From Podarcis filfolensis (taxonomy: Eukaryota), in NCBI GenBank assembly GCA_964270895.1, contig OZ185436.1: a DNA stretch of 64,000 bases. One strand, given 5' to 3'. Below the pieces are notes generated by a model, which did no database searches, had not been told where the DNA came from, and saw nothing but the letters and a program-made list of their open reading frames with translations. Both the position numbers and the translations under genes were made by a program. Positions 24,942 through 38,279 of this stretch are shown piece by piece. How positions within the stretch are numbered: position 1 is the stretch's first letter; every line of letters starts with the position of its first letter.

Positions 24942-24986
24942 GCACTCATTGTTAAAACCGTGTTTATGGAAGACAATCTTACTCGG
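24942..24986 (-). CDS. AFF4: Candidate 45-nt AFF4 cassette exon in intron 3 (PSKIVFHKHGFNNEC)
   Basis: ttctaccttctttttcttctttggcgatcactcgtag|CCGAGT...GAGTGC|gtaagt; phase 0, 15 codons, no stop. Confidence 0.55.
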
Positions 24987-26002
24987 CTACGAGTGATCGC
25001 CAAAGAAGAAAAAGAAGGTAGAACCCAGTTTCTCATATCCATTTCTTTTTGCACTGTCAGATCCAGCACACACACAAAAAAGAAAAATGAAATAGTAATC
25101 TATGAAGAATTAAATGCCCATATGAATACTGTTTCATACTTGAAATTAAATATCAGATGGCATCTTAATTATATTTTAAAGTGCAAGACATTGCAGAACA
25201 ATGACAGTACACATTCTCTCGCTTTTTCTTTTCAAACGGGGTGTTATGTCCAAGTCAGTTATATTCACAGTTGATCCAATGAAATCAATCTATTCAAATT
25301 AACCTGTAATAGTTCAATTACATGGTTTTCAATTATTCTACTCTGAGTATGACCAAGTAGGAGGGTTGTATCCAATACTGTCTCTGTGTGAGCAGAATGG
25401 ACTTTTGGTTGTGCAATGGGACTTCATTTGCCTCTGCAGTCTCCTGGTCTTCCCTCAAAGCCTGGAAACCCTCCAGAACAGTTTTAGGTACCGGAGGGGG
25501 TGGGGCTTGCAGAGGAAGGAAAGGAAGGGAAAGTCCTGTTGTGCAAACCCATTCATGAAGCAATGAATTCCAACCAGTCATTTGTGACTGGGAAGTAGAT
25601 GAGGCTGCTATACGCTTGTTAATAAAACACCGTTATTAAAAGTCAATATTTAGCACAATTTTATCTTCCACTATGACTGAGCAGATGCTCAACTGAATTG
25701 TAAACAAAATAATCATAATGTCACATTAGTGTTTATTTAAAGCTGAAACACCCAAGCAAAAACATGTGCCAGGCCAGACCAGCATAAATGCCCAGTTATT
25801 AGAATCATGACAGATCAGGAAGCTGTAAATCCTTCAATTGTCAAAGAAATTGAAATTAAAAGAAATTATTGCATTTTAGTTAGGTGTGTTCCTTACATAC
25901 AGCTCAGATGTCAATAAAAGTATTTTTCTAAGCAGTCTCTCTTATCCATGGAATAAGCACAAATGAGCTTTATTTTATTTTAATTTTTTTAAGGCAACTT
26001 AC

Positions 26003-26791
26003 GTCAAGCGGCTGAGACGGAATTTTCAGCTTTGTTAGATGTGCTTTACCAGGTTTCAGTTCATTCATATTGTTGCTGTGTGTCTGGCTACTGTAGTGTT
26101 CAGAAGATAGCTTTGGTTCCATGGACTCCTGACCATCCATAGGCCTTACATAGGCAGTAGGCTTCTGCAACATTGTGTTAGATTTAGACATAAGCGAAGG
26201 AGGGAAAGCCTGACTACCACTAGAAAAGGAAGGGACACGGGAGGGTGAGTCCCAGTTGGCATCAGGGTCTCGCGGAGATTTGGAGCGCTGATGTTCCTTG
26301 CTGTGATGATCATTTCCATGAGACCTGGAATGACTGGAGTTCAGAGAAGAAACAGTAGGTGGTTTTCCAGGGCTGGAAGAACGGGACTTTGAATGTTCAG
26401 ATCCATGCTGGGCTTTTTTACGGCTACTGCTGCTCCCACTACTGCTATACGAGTCACGGTCATGCCTTTGCCCACTACTGCTAGTGTTATTACCACTGTT
26501 GCGCTGGCCACCATGTCCACTCTGTAAACCTATGGAACGCTTCTGCGACTGGGAAGAAGTGCTAGGTGCTGGACCTACAGGCGTCCATTTGCTGCTCTGA
26601 TGAGAGCCAGTACTGTGCCTCTGATCACCAAAGAAACTTTGGTTTGATTTTTCATCTGTTGTTGATGGTACTGTTGGTTTAGGAATTTCAACAAGCTTCT
26701 GGAGGGACCGGTCACCTATAAAATCCTTCATTTCATCATAGTTTCCAAGCATACTTTGGATACGGCTAGATAATTTATCTTCTTTGCTGGT
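26003..26791 (-). CDS. AFF4: AFF4 exon 3 ([22 protein letters not shown]...KIPSQPLD), 789 nt, includes the SIAH degron [11 protein letters not shown] at 26129-26161
   Basis: acceptor cttacacag|ACC, donor GAC|gtaagt; lies in ORF 25970..26839. Confidence 0.97.
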
Positions 26792-27842
26792 CTGTGTAAG
26801 GAACAAAAACATGATGCAGAAGTTTATTTTAAAATACACTCCTTCTACAATTAAACTTTTGGGCCAGCTGAATGTCCTTTATGATAACATATATTTGAAA
26901 TTTACCTACAGAATAAAGCGGTCAGTCTTTATTTTGCACCAAAAATAAAATTAACGTGGGAACCACTTAATCTGCCATCCACAATGGCTAATGCTTACTG
27001 ATTTCACCAAAATTCATTTTGTCATGAATATACTAACAGTACTGTGCACTTTTATTAATTGCCACCAGTAAACTAAAGTTTAATTAACTGATGAGGCGCC
27101 CTCTATTGTTTATTACTAAAACCAATATAAATTATATCTAGCTCTTCAATCATATTGAATCATATTGTTTCTTACTAGAAGATGGAATATTCCACAAACT
27201 CCATATTCATGACAAAAATATTCAAGATTCAGCAATTACTGGTTACTTATTTATTAAAATGCAATTTATTCTACTCCTGTGAAAGTGTCCTTTCCTTTAG
27301 AAAGCTCAAAAGAAGCCTCATTTCAGATGTGCAGTATAAATATTAGAAACATCTCTTTTCTAAAACAGAAGAACATTTTCATATCATACTGACATCCTAT
27401 ACAGCAAGGGTGGCAGACTGTTTCCCCCAGCAGTCTAGATCAGTATCTGCTGTACCTCCCCCCCCCCAGCTAAATCTGAGCTGTGGGCGGGGCTACCCAT
27501 CTGACAGTGAAAGGTGAGCCCCTCTGAATATGTGCTCCCAGTGCATTTTCAAAGAGACTTGATTTAGGAGCAGGAAGCAGTTTCAACTAACACCACTGCT
27601 TAAAGTCTCCCATTTTAGCTGTGGTTTCAATGCAAACTACTTGAAGATCCTGGAGCATGTCTTGTTCCAGCAAAGGCACAAGAAGGAACTCACTTTAAGG
27701 TTCCAATTGTTCCTCTGACACCACATTGATACCTGGGCCCACATTTGATATCACATATGGCATATGGGCCAGAGGTTCCTCACCCCTACTGTACAGAAAC
27801 AAAACTTGTAGTTAAGGAATCCAACAGCGTAGTCATTAGGAA

Positions 27843-28045
27843 ATATCCAACACTGCACCAGTGAAATTCCCCTTTCTCTTGTCCTCCCCTGCAGCCTTAG
27901 TGCCCTCCAATGTACTGGAGGGTTCCTCAACTCTCTAGAGCAGACCTGGGGGGCATGCAGGGAGCTGTAGGAGGAGAAGGAGAAGGGAAGTCACACTGTT
28001 CTTGCAGAAATATGTTCTGCTTGTGAATTGGCACCATTGGATATC
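27843..28045. repeat. Old degenerate palindromic dispersed repeat (core ctctagagcagatttgggg)
   Basis: ends tatccaa...ttggata; similar cores near 45-130, 25400-25550, 53680-53870, 55795-55930. Confidence 0.5.
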
Positions 28046-30374
28046 ACCCATTATATTTATCATTCCAGAAATGCACAAATGATTCTCTGTAAATCCCTAA
28101 CCAGATTTTCCTTCTAACGCTACCATTCACCAAACAAAGTGGCCATGACAAGCGGTCCCTCTACATGTCTCTCAACCAGAACATATAAGGGTCTTTCCTG
28201 GTTCTGCTAAGTAACTGTTCAAAGGACCAAAAGGCGAAATCTCCATTTACGGAGCCTTTCAGGATGCTTTCTTAGGAATTCCCAAGACATCACATTCATT
28301 AGGATTTGCATGGTTCTGGGAGCAAAATGAGAAAGGCACTAAAAGCTTCTTATGGTAGAAGAAACAGTTTGAAAACTGTTTTTTGCACATTTAGAAACCA
28401 ATCAGATTTTTTAAAGTAGTAAAGCTCAAGCAACAAAGATAAATAGATAATTGAAAAAATCCTCTTAAATAACTGAAACCCATTTATTATTATAATCTCT
28501 ACTCACATGCCTTTCAGGTAGTTTAAGCTGCACTCCTCTTACTTAGTATTTCAGTACACTGTATCTACCTCTTTCCATCATGCATATACTTTTAAAAAAC
28601 AAGACTAAAAACATAAATGACTACTTTCCCTTCTTTCAGCTTCTTCCACTCCTATGAATATTTTTAAAGGATAGAAGAAGCAAGTAAGATTTCAGTTTTT
28701 CTTTCTTTCTAGTGATTGTTAGTCAAAATCAGCACTGGTCAATCTTATAGCTGGGAGTGAATTCAACTGCCCCCGTTGCCCAGGCCAATCCATATATAAC
28801 ATGGCTAAAAGCCTATACTAGAGAAGTTATAGATATCTTAAGTGGCATTTTTAAATGTAAGGTGGCTGAAGGAGGAACAAGATCAGACAGACAGGTCATT
28901 GTGCCCTCCTTCCCTCGTGTTTAATTTATTATTTAAGAAATTTATACCACACTTTTTACTATGTATCACAAAGCTGCTTACAAAAATAATTAATGAAGCA
29001 TGAAACCGAAAAAAAAAATTAAAACATAGATTAAAATACAAGAGAGCAGAAAACAGCACCCACAATGCAAAGGCCTCCTGAAAGAAAACCATTTTAACCT
29101 GATGTACACAAAAATGGCAAAGGAGACAATGGGTCTCCTTACTCCCACCTCACCATGGATAGATACATACATTGCAATGTATTCTGTAGGCTGCCTGATA
29201 TCAAACATTTACTAGTCAACACAAATCCCTTCACCATATGTATTTTTTGTAATAAACAGCAGAACTTTGAGACAAGCACCTTGAATGAGTCGCTAACTAA
29301 AAATCACAGACCAAAATAATTAGATGGTATTGATTGTCCAGTAACCACACCTTGAAGAACACAGAGAAGGAATATGGTATTGAGAAGGAAAGGAAACATG
29401 TACCCAAGTTAACTTTAAATTCAGGGGTATGAAGAAAATATGTCACTGTTAGTGAAATGCACATGCTAAATGACAGACAATTTTAAAAAATTAACCTTTA
29501 ACCAATCTGTTGCCAGAAAGAGAGCTGTACGGAGATACATTTGCAGCCTCACAAAAACAAGTCAGTATTTAAAACAAAACAAAACAAAACAAAACCCAAA
29601 TTTCTCAAACTGACAGTATTTCATAACCCAGTCTTCCTTGTAGTTTGGTTTCAATCTTACTCACAACAGCTACAATTAGATTTAACTGCATGAACAAAGC
29701 AAATTAGCAGTATTAACTAGTGAACCTTACACATAAAGAGCCAGACTAAAAACATCAAGCTCCGACAATTACTTGTAATTAATAGACAATTGTCTACAAA
29801 GTTCAAAAATGTTAATATGCTGTATTACTCTTTTACTACAAAGGCAAGAGTACTTTATAACAATTATCTGTTCAACTACTTTAGGGCTCTAATTCACATT
29901 TATCATTTCTATAATTTCAAATTTAGGCTGTTCAACTGCAAGCTAGTTTCAAGTGTGGATAGTTAATGATACTAGCGTAATGAGATATTTAATTCTTTCT
30001 TTTTTAAAAAAAATGTTGATACAATGTCCTTGTGTTAAAACCAGAGCAGTCATAAAATTCTAGTAATCTTATATTTCAGCAACATTACTTTAAAAATGTT
30101 CAAATCATAACAATACAACTTCCAGGTTTCTTTATTTTTTCTAGATCTAGAGCAACAGGTCTTAATCTCTTCCACAGTCATGTCTCTTGTAGACTCTTGC
30201 CTACATCACAGGAATTTTGAGGATGTAAGACTTGGAACCACTATATAAATGACATTTATTCATATTTTAATGAAACCATATGATACTGAAGTTGTATTAC
30301 AGGGGGGAAAACTCAAACCATTTTAATTTGGAGTGAGATAAAAACTGCATTTTTAAAAAACCTCATGCACTTAC

Positions 30375-30497
30375 AACTTTATATGGTTCAGCAAAGAGAG
30401 GAGAGTTAGGTGGAAAGGCTTCTTCACCCTGCTGAATTTCTTGATTACGCCTCTCTCTTTCTTTGATACGCAGCGCATTCCGGTCTTCACGGTTCAT
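30375..30497 (-). CDS. AFF4: AFF4 exon 2 coding part ([41 protein letters not shown]); exon starts at 30501
   Basis: acceptor ttcatag|CAAC ATG, donor GTT|gtaagt. Confidence 0.97.
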
Positions 30498-31820
30498 GTT
30501 GCTATGAACAAAAACAATTTGATTACCTAAATGGGTACAGAGGTAAAAAAACTGATGAAGGGTTGTCCCCTGGACAGTCTTATGAACCCCCCTCCCCTTT
30601 AACACCCTCCGGTGCATTCTTTTTAAGATAGGGAATGCCTCAACACTACAACTTGCCTTACAGATATGACACTGGTATAACTTATGCAATTACTTTGATA
30701 TGTAAAACCGCAAAGCATTATTTAAACGAACTCCTACTCTTAGATCATGTTACCTGCATAATTAGAATAGGCCAATCGAGATGAGAATCAAAGGTTTTTA
30801 TCAAATTAAACACTTTATTAACTTCAGCTTTCTATTTTTTATATTCAAATCACCTCCCACCAGCCAGCCTATGAACACACATTCCCATATACAACAATTG
30901 CCATCTACGTTTGATCTACCTCATTTTTCTTTCTTTCTGTCCCCAACAGAGCCTCCTTGGTGTCCATCCTCCGTAGCATGCTCTCAGCTTTGCTGTTTCT
31001 AGGTTCCCTAAAAATGACATTTCTACTCTAAATACACATTTCAGTAAACATCTCCAAATTTACAACAACCTCTAAAAATGCCTACACTTCCTCCCTGAAT
31101 AGGAGCTTCTGATCCTTGTGGGTTAAGAACTTGGAAGGTTTCCCTTATAAAACAGGCTTACTGACATCTGACGTAACAGAACACTGCTTTAATTTGACCT
31201 ACTGCTCTAAATATATGCCATAAATCTAAAAGGATTCCCCTTAAGCTCAAGGAAGCATCTAAGTTAAGAACAAGATTCTACTTACAAGAAAGTTTGTGAA
31301 CATGGTGTGCTGAGTGCAAAGTCACACTAAGAGTGTTTCATGTTCAGAACACGAACTTACTTTCAATTAGGGCTGAGTTTTAGTTTGGATTTCCAAGGTG
31401 AGGACAGGGTAGATCAAACAGGGTAGAACAAATTTGGAAGGGGGGGTTAATTCACAGCGGCCACCACTTTTCTTTCCCAAAAGTCATCTAGAGCGATACC
31501 ACGTGCAACCTGCCTCCATCTAATTTTTGGTCACTGCCCCCTCCCACTGCGGCCCATGTCACATACTGTACTGGGCCTTTCCTGAGTCCTGCAACCTTCA
31601 GTAGAGGCTTCTTGAGGGTGTATGGGCTGCAGTGAAGAAATGGTGGCAGGAAAACCTCATTAAATGAGTACACCTCTGATCACAAAGCTGGATATCCTCT
31701 TAGGTCAACTTCAATTAACACTATTTTCACAATAATTTGACTTCTGCCTAGGCTGTCAGTCTATTACAAGCAGAAGGAAGTTAAGTTGTGGAATCTCCAT
31801 GAAATTCACTTACTTTATAT

Positions 31821-32193
31821 AGTGTGGGTGGGGAACTGTAGGCCCAGAGGCCAAATATAGCCCTCTAGGCCTCTGTCTCACCCTTGGTGGCATTCATCCT
31901 GGGCAAGTCCCTCTCCCCAGTCTACACCCCTCCCCAGGCCTGCTCTGCACCCACATTGAGTGCTTCTGCCTGGCTGGAATATGGCCTTGACCTCTAACAA
32001 TGATTCTTGGTAACCTAGATGGAGGGTGTGGGTGTGTGGGTATAGAACCTCTGACTTTTGTGTGACTGGATAGTAGCCTACTATAGAAGGCAAGAGTCAC
32101 AATCCATTTTTGCCTCTGGCCTCATCCATCAGTGGCATGAAGCCCCCAGAAGTTCTTCCATGAGAGAATGCAGCCCTCAGTTCCCCACTCCTG
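31821..32193. mobile_element. hAT-like MITE
   Basis: ends gtggggaac / gttccccactcctg; internal homology in opposite orientation to 47965-48283. Confidence 0.6.
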
Positions 32194-32561
32194 TTATAAG
32201 AAGAGATTATTTAATGTGCAGTATCTTCTAAACACATAGGTATGCGGTCACCCCAAGATTTCCAGAGCCATAAGTTTAACTGCCACTAATAACCACTTGA
32301 TGGGGCACAGTGAAGAGCTTCTTCACAAGAAACATCTGGCTGATGACTTATTGCACAGAACGTTTATAGTCAGTCCACTCCACCCAGTCACAGACTGAGC
32401 CAAGTAAACTCTCAAAGGTTCTGGAAAGCTCACAAAGGTTCATCGCAAAACTGAATCTTACGTAACCATTAACAGCTAGTGGAATAAATCTCACTTTACG
32501 TATTTTGTATAATCCATTGCCTTCTCAGTAACACCCTCCTTTATAAACTAGAATGGAAGTA

Positions 32562-32772
32562 CAGTCATACCTCATGTTACGTTTGCTTCACGTTGCAGCT
32601 TTTCAGGTTATGAACGCGGCAAACCTGGAAGTGTTTACTTCCGGGTTCAGTGCATGCGCAGAAGCAAACTATGTGCTTTGCGCACGCGCAGTAGCAACAC
32701 TCTACTTACAGACTTTTCGGGGTGCGGATGGCACCCTGAAACGGATCACATTCATAAGTTGAGGTACCAGTG
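32562..32772. mobile_element. Tigger/pogo-type MITE
   Basis: imperfect TIRs cagtcatacctcatgtta / taagttgaggtaccagtg flanked by TA. Confidence 0.75.
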
Positions 32773-33444
32773 TAATGGATTATATCTAATGCTAAGTGTG
32801 ACTTATGGGACTTCCTCTCCCCCCACACCACCAAAATCTTCTCCAGAGGGTCTTGCAACCCTCTAGAACAGATGTGGAGGGTATGCCAGGGCTGCAGGGA
32901 GGATTTTGTTGTGCAAGTAGAAGTCTGTTGCACTAGCAGAATAGCAATGTTGGATACTACCCAACATTTTTAAACAAAATGCACCATTTATCCAGAATGA
33001 GAAATATTACTATGAATATTAAAGACAGAATGCATTAGGAAATCATGAAATTGCTCTAGCTATGATGTTTAGCTTTTATATTAAAAAGTATTATTTGAAA
33101 CATGCCTAGAAGGCAAACAATTAACTTAGTAACTTTAATTAACCTTTAAGCTGGCAAAACAGCAACAGTTATTTACTAAATTAGAAGCTTTATAACAAAA
33201 GCAAAAGCAAACTTCAATCAGTAATTATCTTTAAAAACCAACATTGCAGGTGACTTTTCAAACCTTAAGCTTGTCCTCAGGCAAATATACCTGGAAGGTA
33301 GAAGGATAAACACCACTGAAGATCAAATGAAGTGACATACTAAGTGTTAAAACCAGAGTTAAATACATTCACTACCATCAACTATCTATGAAAGGGTGAT
33401 TTTGAAAAATTAAACTCTACTTATTTATTTTAAAGCTGCAAGAC

Positions 33445-33631
33445 GGTCCAGGAATCAGCACGCTTTTACATGAGTAGAATGTGTCCTTTTATTTAAAATG
33501 CATCTCTGGGTTATTTGTGGGGCATAGGAATTCGTTCATCCCCCCCTCACCGCAAAAAAATATAGTCTGGCCCACCACATGGTCTGACGGACGGTGGACC
33601 GGCCCATGGCTGAAAAGTTTGCTGACCCTTG
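33445..33631 (-). mobile_element. Truncated hAT-Charlie element end (OC1-like)
   Basis: minus strand reads caagggtcagcaaacttttcagcc..gggccggtccac.gtcc.tcagacc..gtgg.gggccagactata; the other end is missing. Confidence 0.65.
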
Positions 33632-33926
33632 TTCTATGACAATAAGAACATTTATTCTGAAACACTAAGCATTTTGGCCAAAGGCAGAAGTTTACATATC
33701 AATCTTTAAAAGTCATTCTACCTTCATTTGACAAAAAACAAAACAAAACAAAACAAGACATATCACACATACTAGGAAATTGGTAGGATAAAGGATGTTA
33801 AGATGTCAAAGGATGTCACCATTTTTGGATGTGGTTTCATTTCCTCCTACTCACCCCTGTCATTATCTAATACGTTCTAAACTACAGTACTGTCCTCTTA
33901 AGAACATGCACAATTGCTATACTGAG

Positions 33927-34088
33927 TGATACCATTGGTCCATGTAGTTCAATACCATTCACACCAACTGGCAGTGGCTCTCCAGGGTTTAACACTTTCA
34001 GGCAGTCTTTCCCAGATCTATGTCAAGATGTCAGATTTAACCTGGAACTTTTGGGATGCAAAGCACATGCAGTATCACTGAGATACAG
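33927..34088 (-). mobile_element. Squam3/Ther1-like SINE copy
   Basis: homologous to 2200-2358 (ctggcagtggctctccagggttt...tgcaaagcacatgc). Confidence 0.6.
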
Positions 34089-37000
34089 TGCAGTGCTATT
34101 CAAATCAAATGAATGTACTGTATAGCCGACTGCCATGTTTCATGCCCAAAACACAAATACAAGCATTTACGCGTTTATGTATAAGGCTTTTTGAAAAACA
34201 AGATTTAAAAATTCTATTAAAGAATGTTAGTGAGTTTTGAAGTATCTCCTTGAGAAGAAATCACCATTTCAGTGGTCTTGAGGGCTTTTGAATGGTTTGT
34301 TGTTTAAATGCTTTCATAAGCAAAAGCACATTCAGTGCCAGTGAACTAGACATGATGCAACATGAGCTATGTTTGCCAATATTTGGCTATGAATGATAAA
34401 TAAGCTCCAGCACAGCTATAAATAACTAGGTCTTTGTTATTCCACAGGATGCCTATCCACCTAACTACCACCAGAAATAGTTAGAAGTACAGCAGATCTA
34501 AGAAATCATTTCAAAATACCAAGTATATGCTGAGCTAATGCAGTTCTACACAAACTTGTATAATCTAAAATGAGCAAATTATTTATTTCATTTATCAGTT
34601 ACTTTTTACAATAAAGTCTCAATGTGACCTGACAAAAGTATGTAAAAGACAATTTAAAACCAGGAAAAAACTAAAACAACTGACAATACAAAATCCACAA
34701 GATATTATTAAGGACTAAGTTCTACCCTCCACTCTAAAATATGAGCACCACCCTAGGAGGCAACATTAATTAACTGAAGGCCTTTGGGTCATTTCTGATA
34801 TAATATATGCTTCTGAAAGCTAAAAGTAAATACATTTGCTCAGTAAGAAATTCAAAAAGTCTTGAAATAAGTGATGTAATATACCCATTGTGCACAAGAA
34901 TATGTCCCTATCATTCAAAGGCAGGTATCTTTTACAGTAGTTTAGTATCCAATGGTTAGCTTTGATACACAGCAAACTTGTATCAATGCATGTATCTGAT
35001 ATACACAGGCATTCATGTCAGCGTCAGTTACAGACTGCCTCACTCGTAGCAATAATGTTGGCATAGGGCTGTTATAATCTTGCACATAAAAGGGGCTTTT
35101 AAAAATCGTATTTCAGCTGAAACTGCCAGGAATGTAATAATGCAGAATAAATTTATGAGGGCATAGTTTGCCAAGTTCACAATTAAATGCCATAATCTGT
35201 TATGTTTATTTCTTTCACCTTTAATACCAGGTCTGAAGCTCTGTCACTTTAATAAATATCAGTTTATTTGATAACAAGATAAAATATGGCTTCATGTGAC
35301 ATTATTTGTCAAATAACAATATAATGAATTAAAATAATTAAGTCTCAATATTATGAGAGTATCAGAGATGACAGTTTCTCTATAATTGGAACCTCATTGT
35401 TCCAAAGGAAGCATAAAAATGCTGCCAACTTGCTTGGTTGCAGTTACGAGATTCCCCAGTTATGATAAGCCCTGCTGACTGAAGTTAGTAAAGTTATAGT
35501 TGCACTGGTCTGTTTCCAAAAGTGTTTCTACTTCATTCAAAATACACAGGATTATTCTAGCCTGACTGTTCCTTGTTTCACCAACAAAGCAAAAGCAAGC
35601 TAAAAGACAACAAAACAACATTCAAAGTTGGCTTCATCCACTTTCATTCTGAAAGCTCTAATAAACCTTTATCAGCTTTGTCTATCACTGAAATAAAACA
35701 AAGTGTCTTTGGTTTCAACAGTTTCCTGTTCAGTTATCCTTATACCAGTGGATGACTTGAGCTTCACTTAATCCTGAATACCTACAGTATTCAGGACAAA
35801 AGCCACAAGACAAAGAAATTAATATATCAACACTATTTGGAGAAAAGCTGGATATTATTCCAGAGAATTTGATATTTAGGGTCATATCCAGTGTTAGTCA
35901 TACTCAGAATGTACTTAAGTTCTACAAGTTCACTGATTTCAATGGCGCTAATCTGAGTATGACGTACTTAGATATCACTCTTAGTTCTTGTAGTTACAGC
36001 AGAATGATTAGCATGCAGAGTTTCTGTGGGGCATGCTTTTACATGCCCAAGTACATAGCTCTGACAGTTCCTGATGTATTGTCTTATTTCCATAATTAAT
36101 TAAACTCAAAAATATATGTGAACCAAAAGTATGTAGGTATTCATCATTTCTCTGTAAATTCAAATACACAGTCTGTACATTACTATCCACTATAGCTTAT
36201 TCACTGCCTTAATATAACATTAGTCATATAATCAAATCATCAGGTTAAGACTATTTGATATATGTCAGGTGACTGAGAAACCAACTATGGCAAGAAGTGG
36301 AAGTACTGTAGAAACACAATGGAATTAACAGCTCTCTCAATGCTCAGGAATTTGATGCCTACAAAGGTATCATCACCTTCTTAACTGAGAAGAGCTTCTT
36401 ATGAATACATCAACAATTTTAGTATCTTCTCCAATGTATTATCTCACTTAACTGCAAAAATGAACAAGAATTTGGCTCAACTCTCTTGAAGCATAAACTT
36501 TTCCAAAGTCATATGGCCACAAGCTTAAGTCTTAACATATTGTCACAATTACACTCTGCTAACACTTCGGATGGTGACCCTCTATGCCTTTCTGTTGCCA
36601 TTTGATGTTCCCATCCCCTTTCCTCACTGTCCAAACCTCAGCCCAACATTTGTCTCTTCTATAAGGCTTTGGGCTTAAAGCTGCATTCCAGTACACATTT
36701 AGCTGCAAAGAACTCTCATTGAAAGCAATGGGACTTACTTTTGAGCAACATAGGATTGCACTAACCTTAGCCCACATTCCCAACTAAAATTAAGCCATGT
36801 GCATGTAGCTACATTTGTTTGCATTCATTCTTCACTACCTGAGCCTCTCCATTTCCCCCAGTCTAACATTTTTACTATAACTATTAAGAACAGGAACCCA
36901 TCTTCTGCTTCAGTAATGATGAGCGTGTGCATGGTTGTGTGTCAATTGAATGAATGTAAAATGGTTGCTTCCAGTACACGGTTATTCAATTGGATTTTAA

Positions 37001-38279
37001 TGTTAACCATCCTGAGATTTTTCGATTAAGGGTGCTACATACTGTTTGTGTGTGCGCGCGCACACCCACCCACCCACCTGCTTCTTCTGGCAGTCTGCTC
37101 AGTTTTATGTTGTATAGGAGGGCACTTTGCCTCCTCCTCACCTAGAACTGAAATCAAGGAGTCTGTCAGTGGAAGGCTGGGTTGCTTTGATAGTCCGCTA
37201 AGCTTCTGTTCTGGACACACATAGAAGAGTGCTTTGTACCTTGTGTGGCTCAACAAAGAAACATAACGAGCTGATGAAGTGACACAGGGACCCACGCCTT
37301 CACTTACAAGCCTTCTATGCTCAGCAACCAGGCAGTGAAGCCCCTTTCTGCACATCCGGGACAGAAACCAGGTGAGGAGAGAACAAGGCAGGGAACATTC
37401 TATGTGCCCTCCACTAGTCAGCTTCATTTCAAATGTTTTCCTCACCTACTCATAAAAAAGGCTAGAAAGACCCCTCTACTCTACCAACTCCTCTTGTAAG
37501 TACAAGGCAGGTACTGTACGTTGGTTGGTTATTTATTTATTTATTGGCTAGTAACTTTGATGGGTAATTCAGAGGGCTGGTACAGACACTGCCTTACTTC
37601 CACTTCTTTATGGATTACCCAGTAAATCTTATACAAATCCTTCAATTCCTCAATCCATTTCTGCCTGAGTGGCTGCATTTTTTTTGCCCAGACACTTATA
37701 AGTATGAAGCTTATGCACCTCCCATAGCATGATATCTATGGTCTGTGCCAAACAGAACATGCCTATTGACTCAAAGGATATAATCATAACAGAATGTCTT
37801 CTAGCAAACCATACCTGTTACTGCAATAAAATGCAAAAGCAAAGCATAAATTAACCAGGCTTTTCATCAAACCACTGGTCTTCATAAATCTAAGACTGAG
37901 CAAAAAACCATGACTACATGAACACATTCTAGTTGTTGACAAACAACACTTAACTACTTCACCACAACGTTATTCCTTCCTACTTGCCAATACTGCCATC
38001 TTATCTGAAAGCAGAATAAGGATGGGAAGCATATATTCAATACTGCTTCAAAAATAAGACAAAAAGTCTCATTTATATGTAGGACTATGTGAGCTATTAT
38101 ATATATTCACTATGTAAAATATGAGAAGGATATAAATAGGTACCAGCTTTTCAGAATTTTATATATAGTTTTATATTCACAGTGGGTTGTGTCGAGTGGT
38201 GTTGCTCAGCTGACAGTAAGACGTCAATCAGTGGTACTGGGAGGAAAGAAATTTCACCCCCAAAAGGTATTTATTAAAG

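Noticed and set aside
25970-26839. Using ORF-track ends as gene boundaries (also 11861..12841, 30363..30689)
   Set aside because: They run into introns; the true limits are set by splice sites
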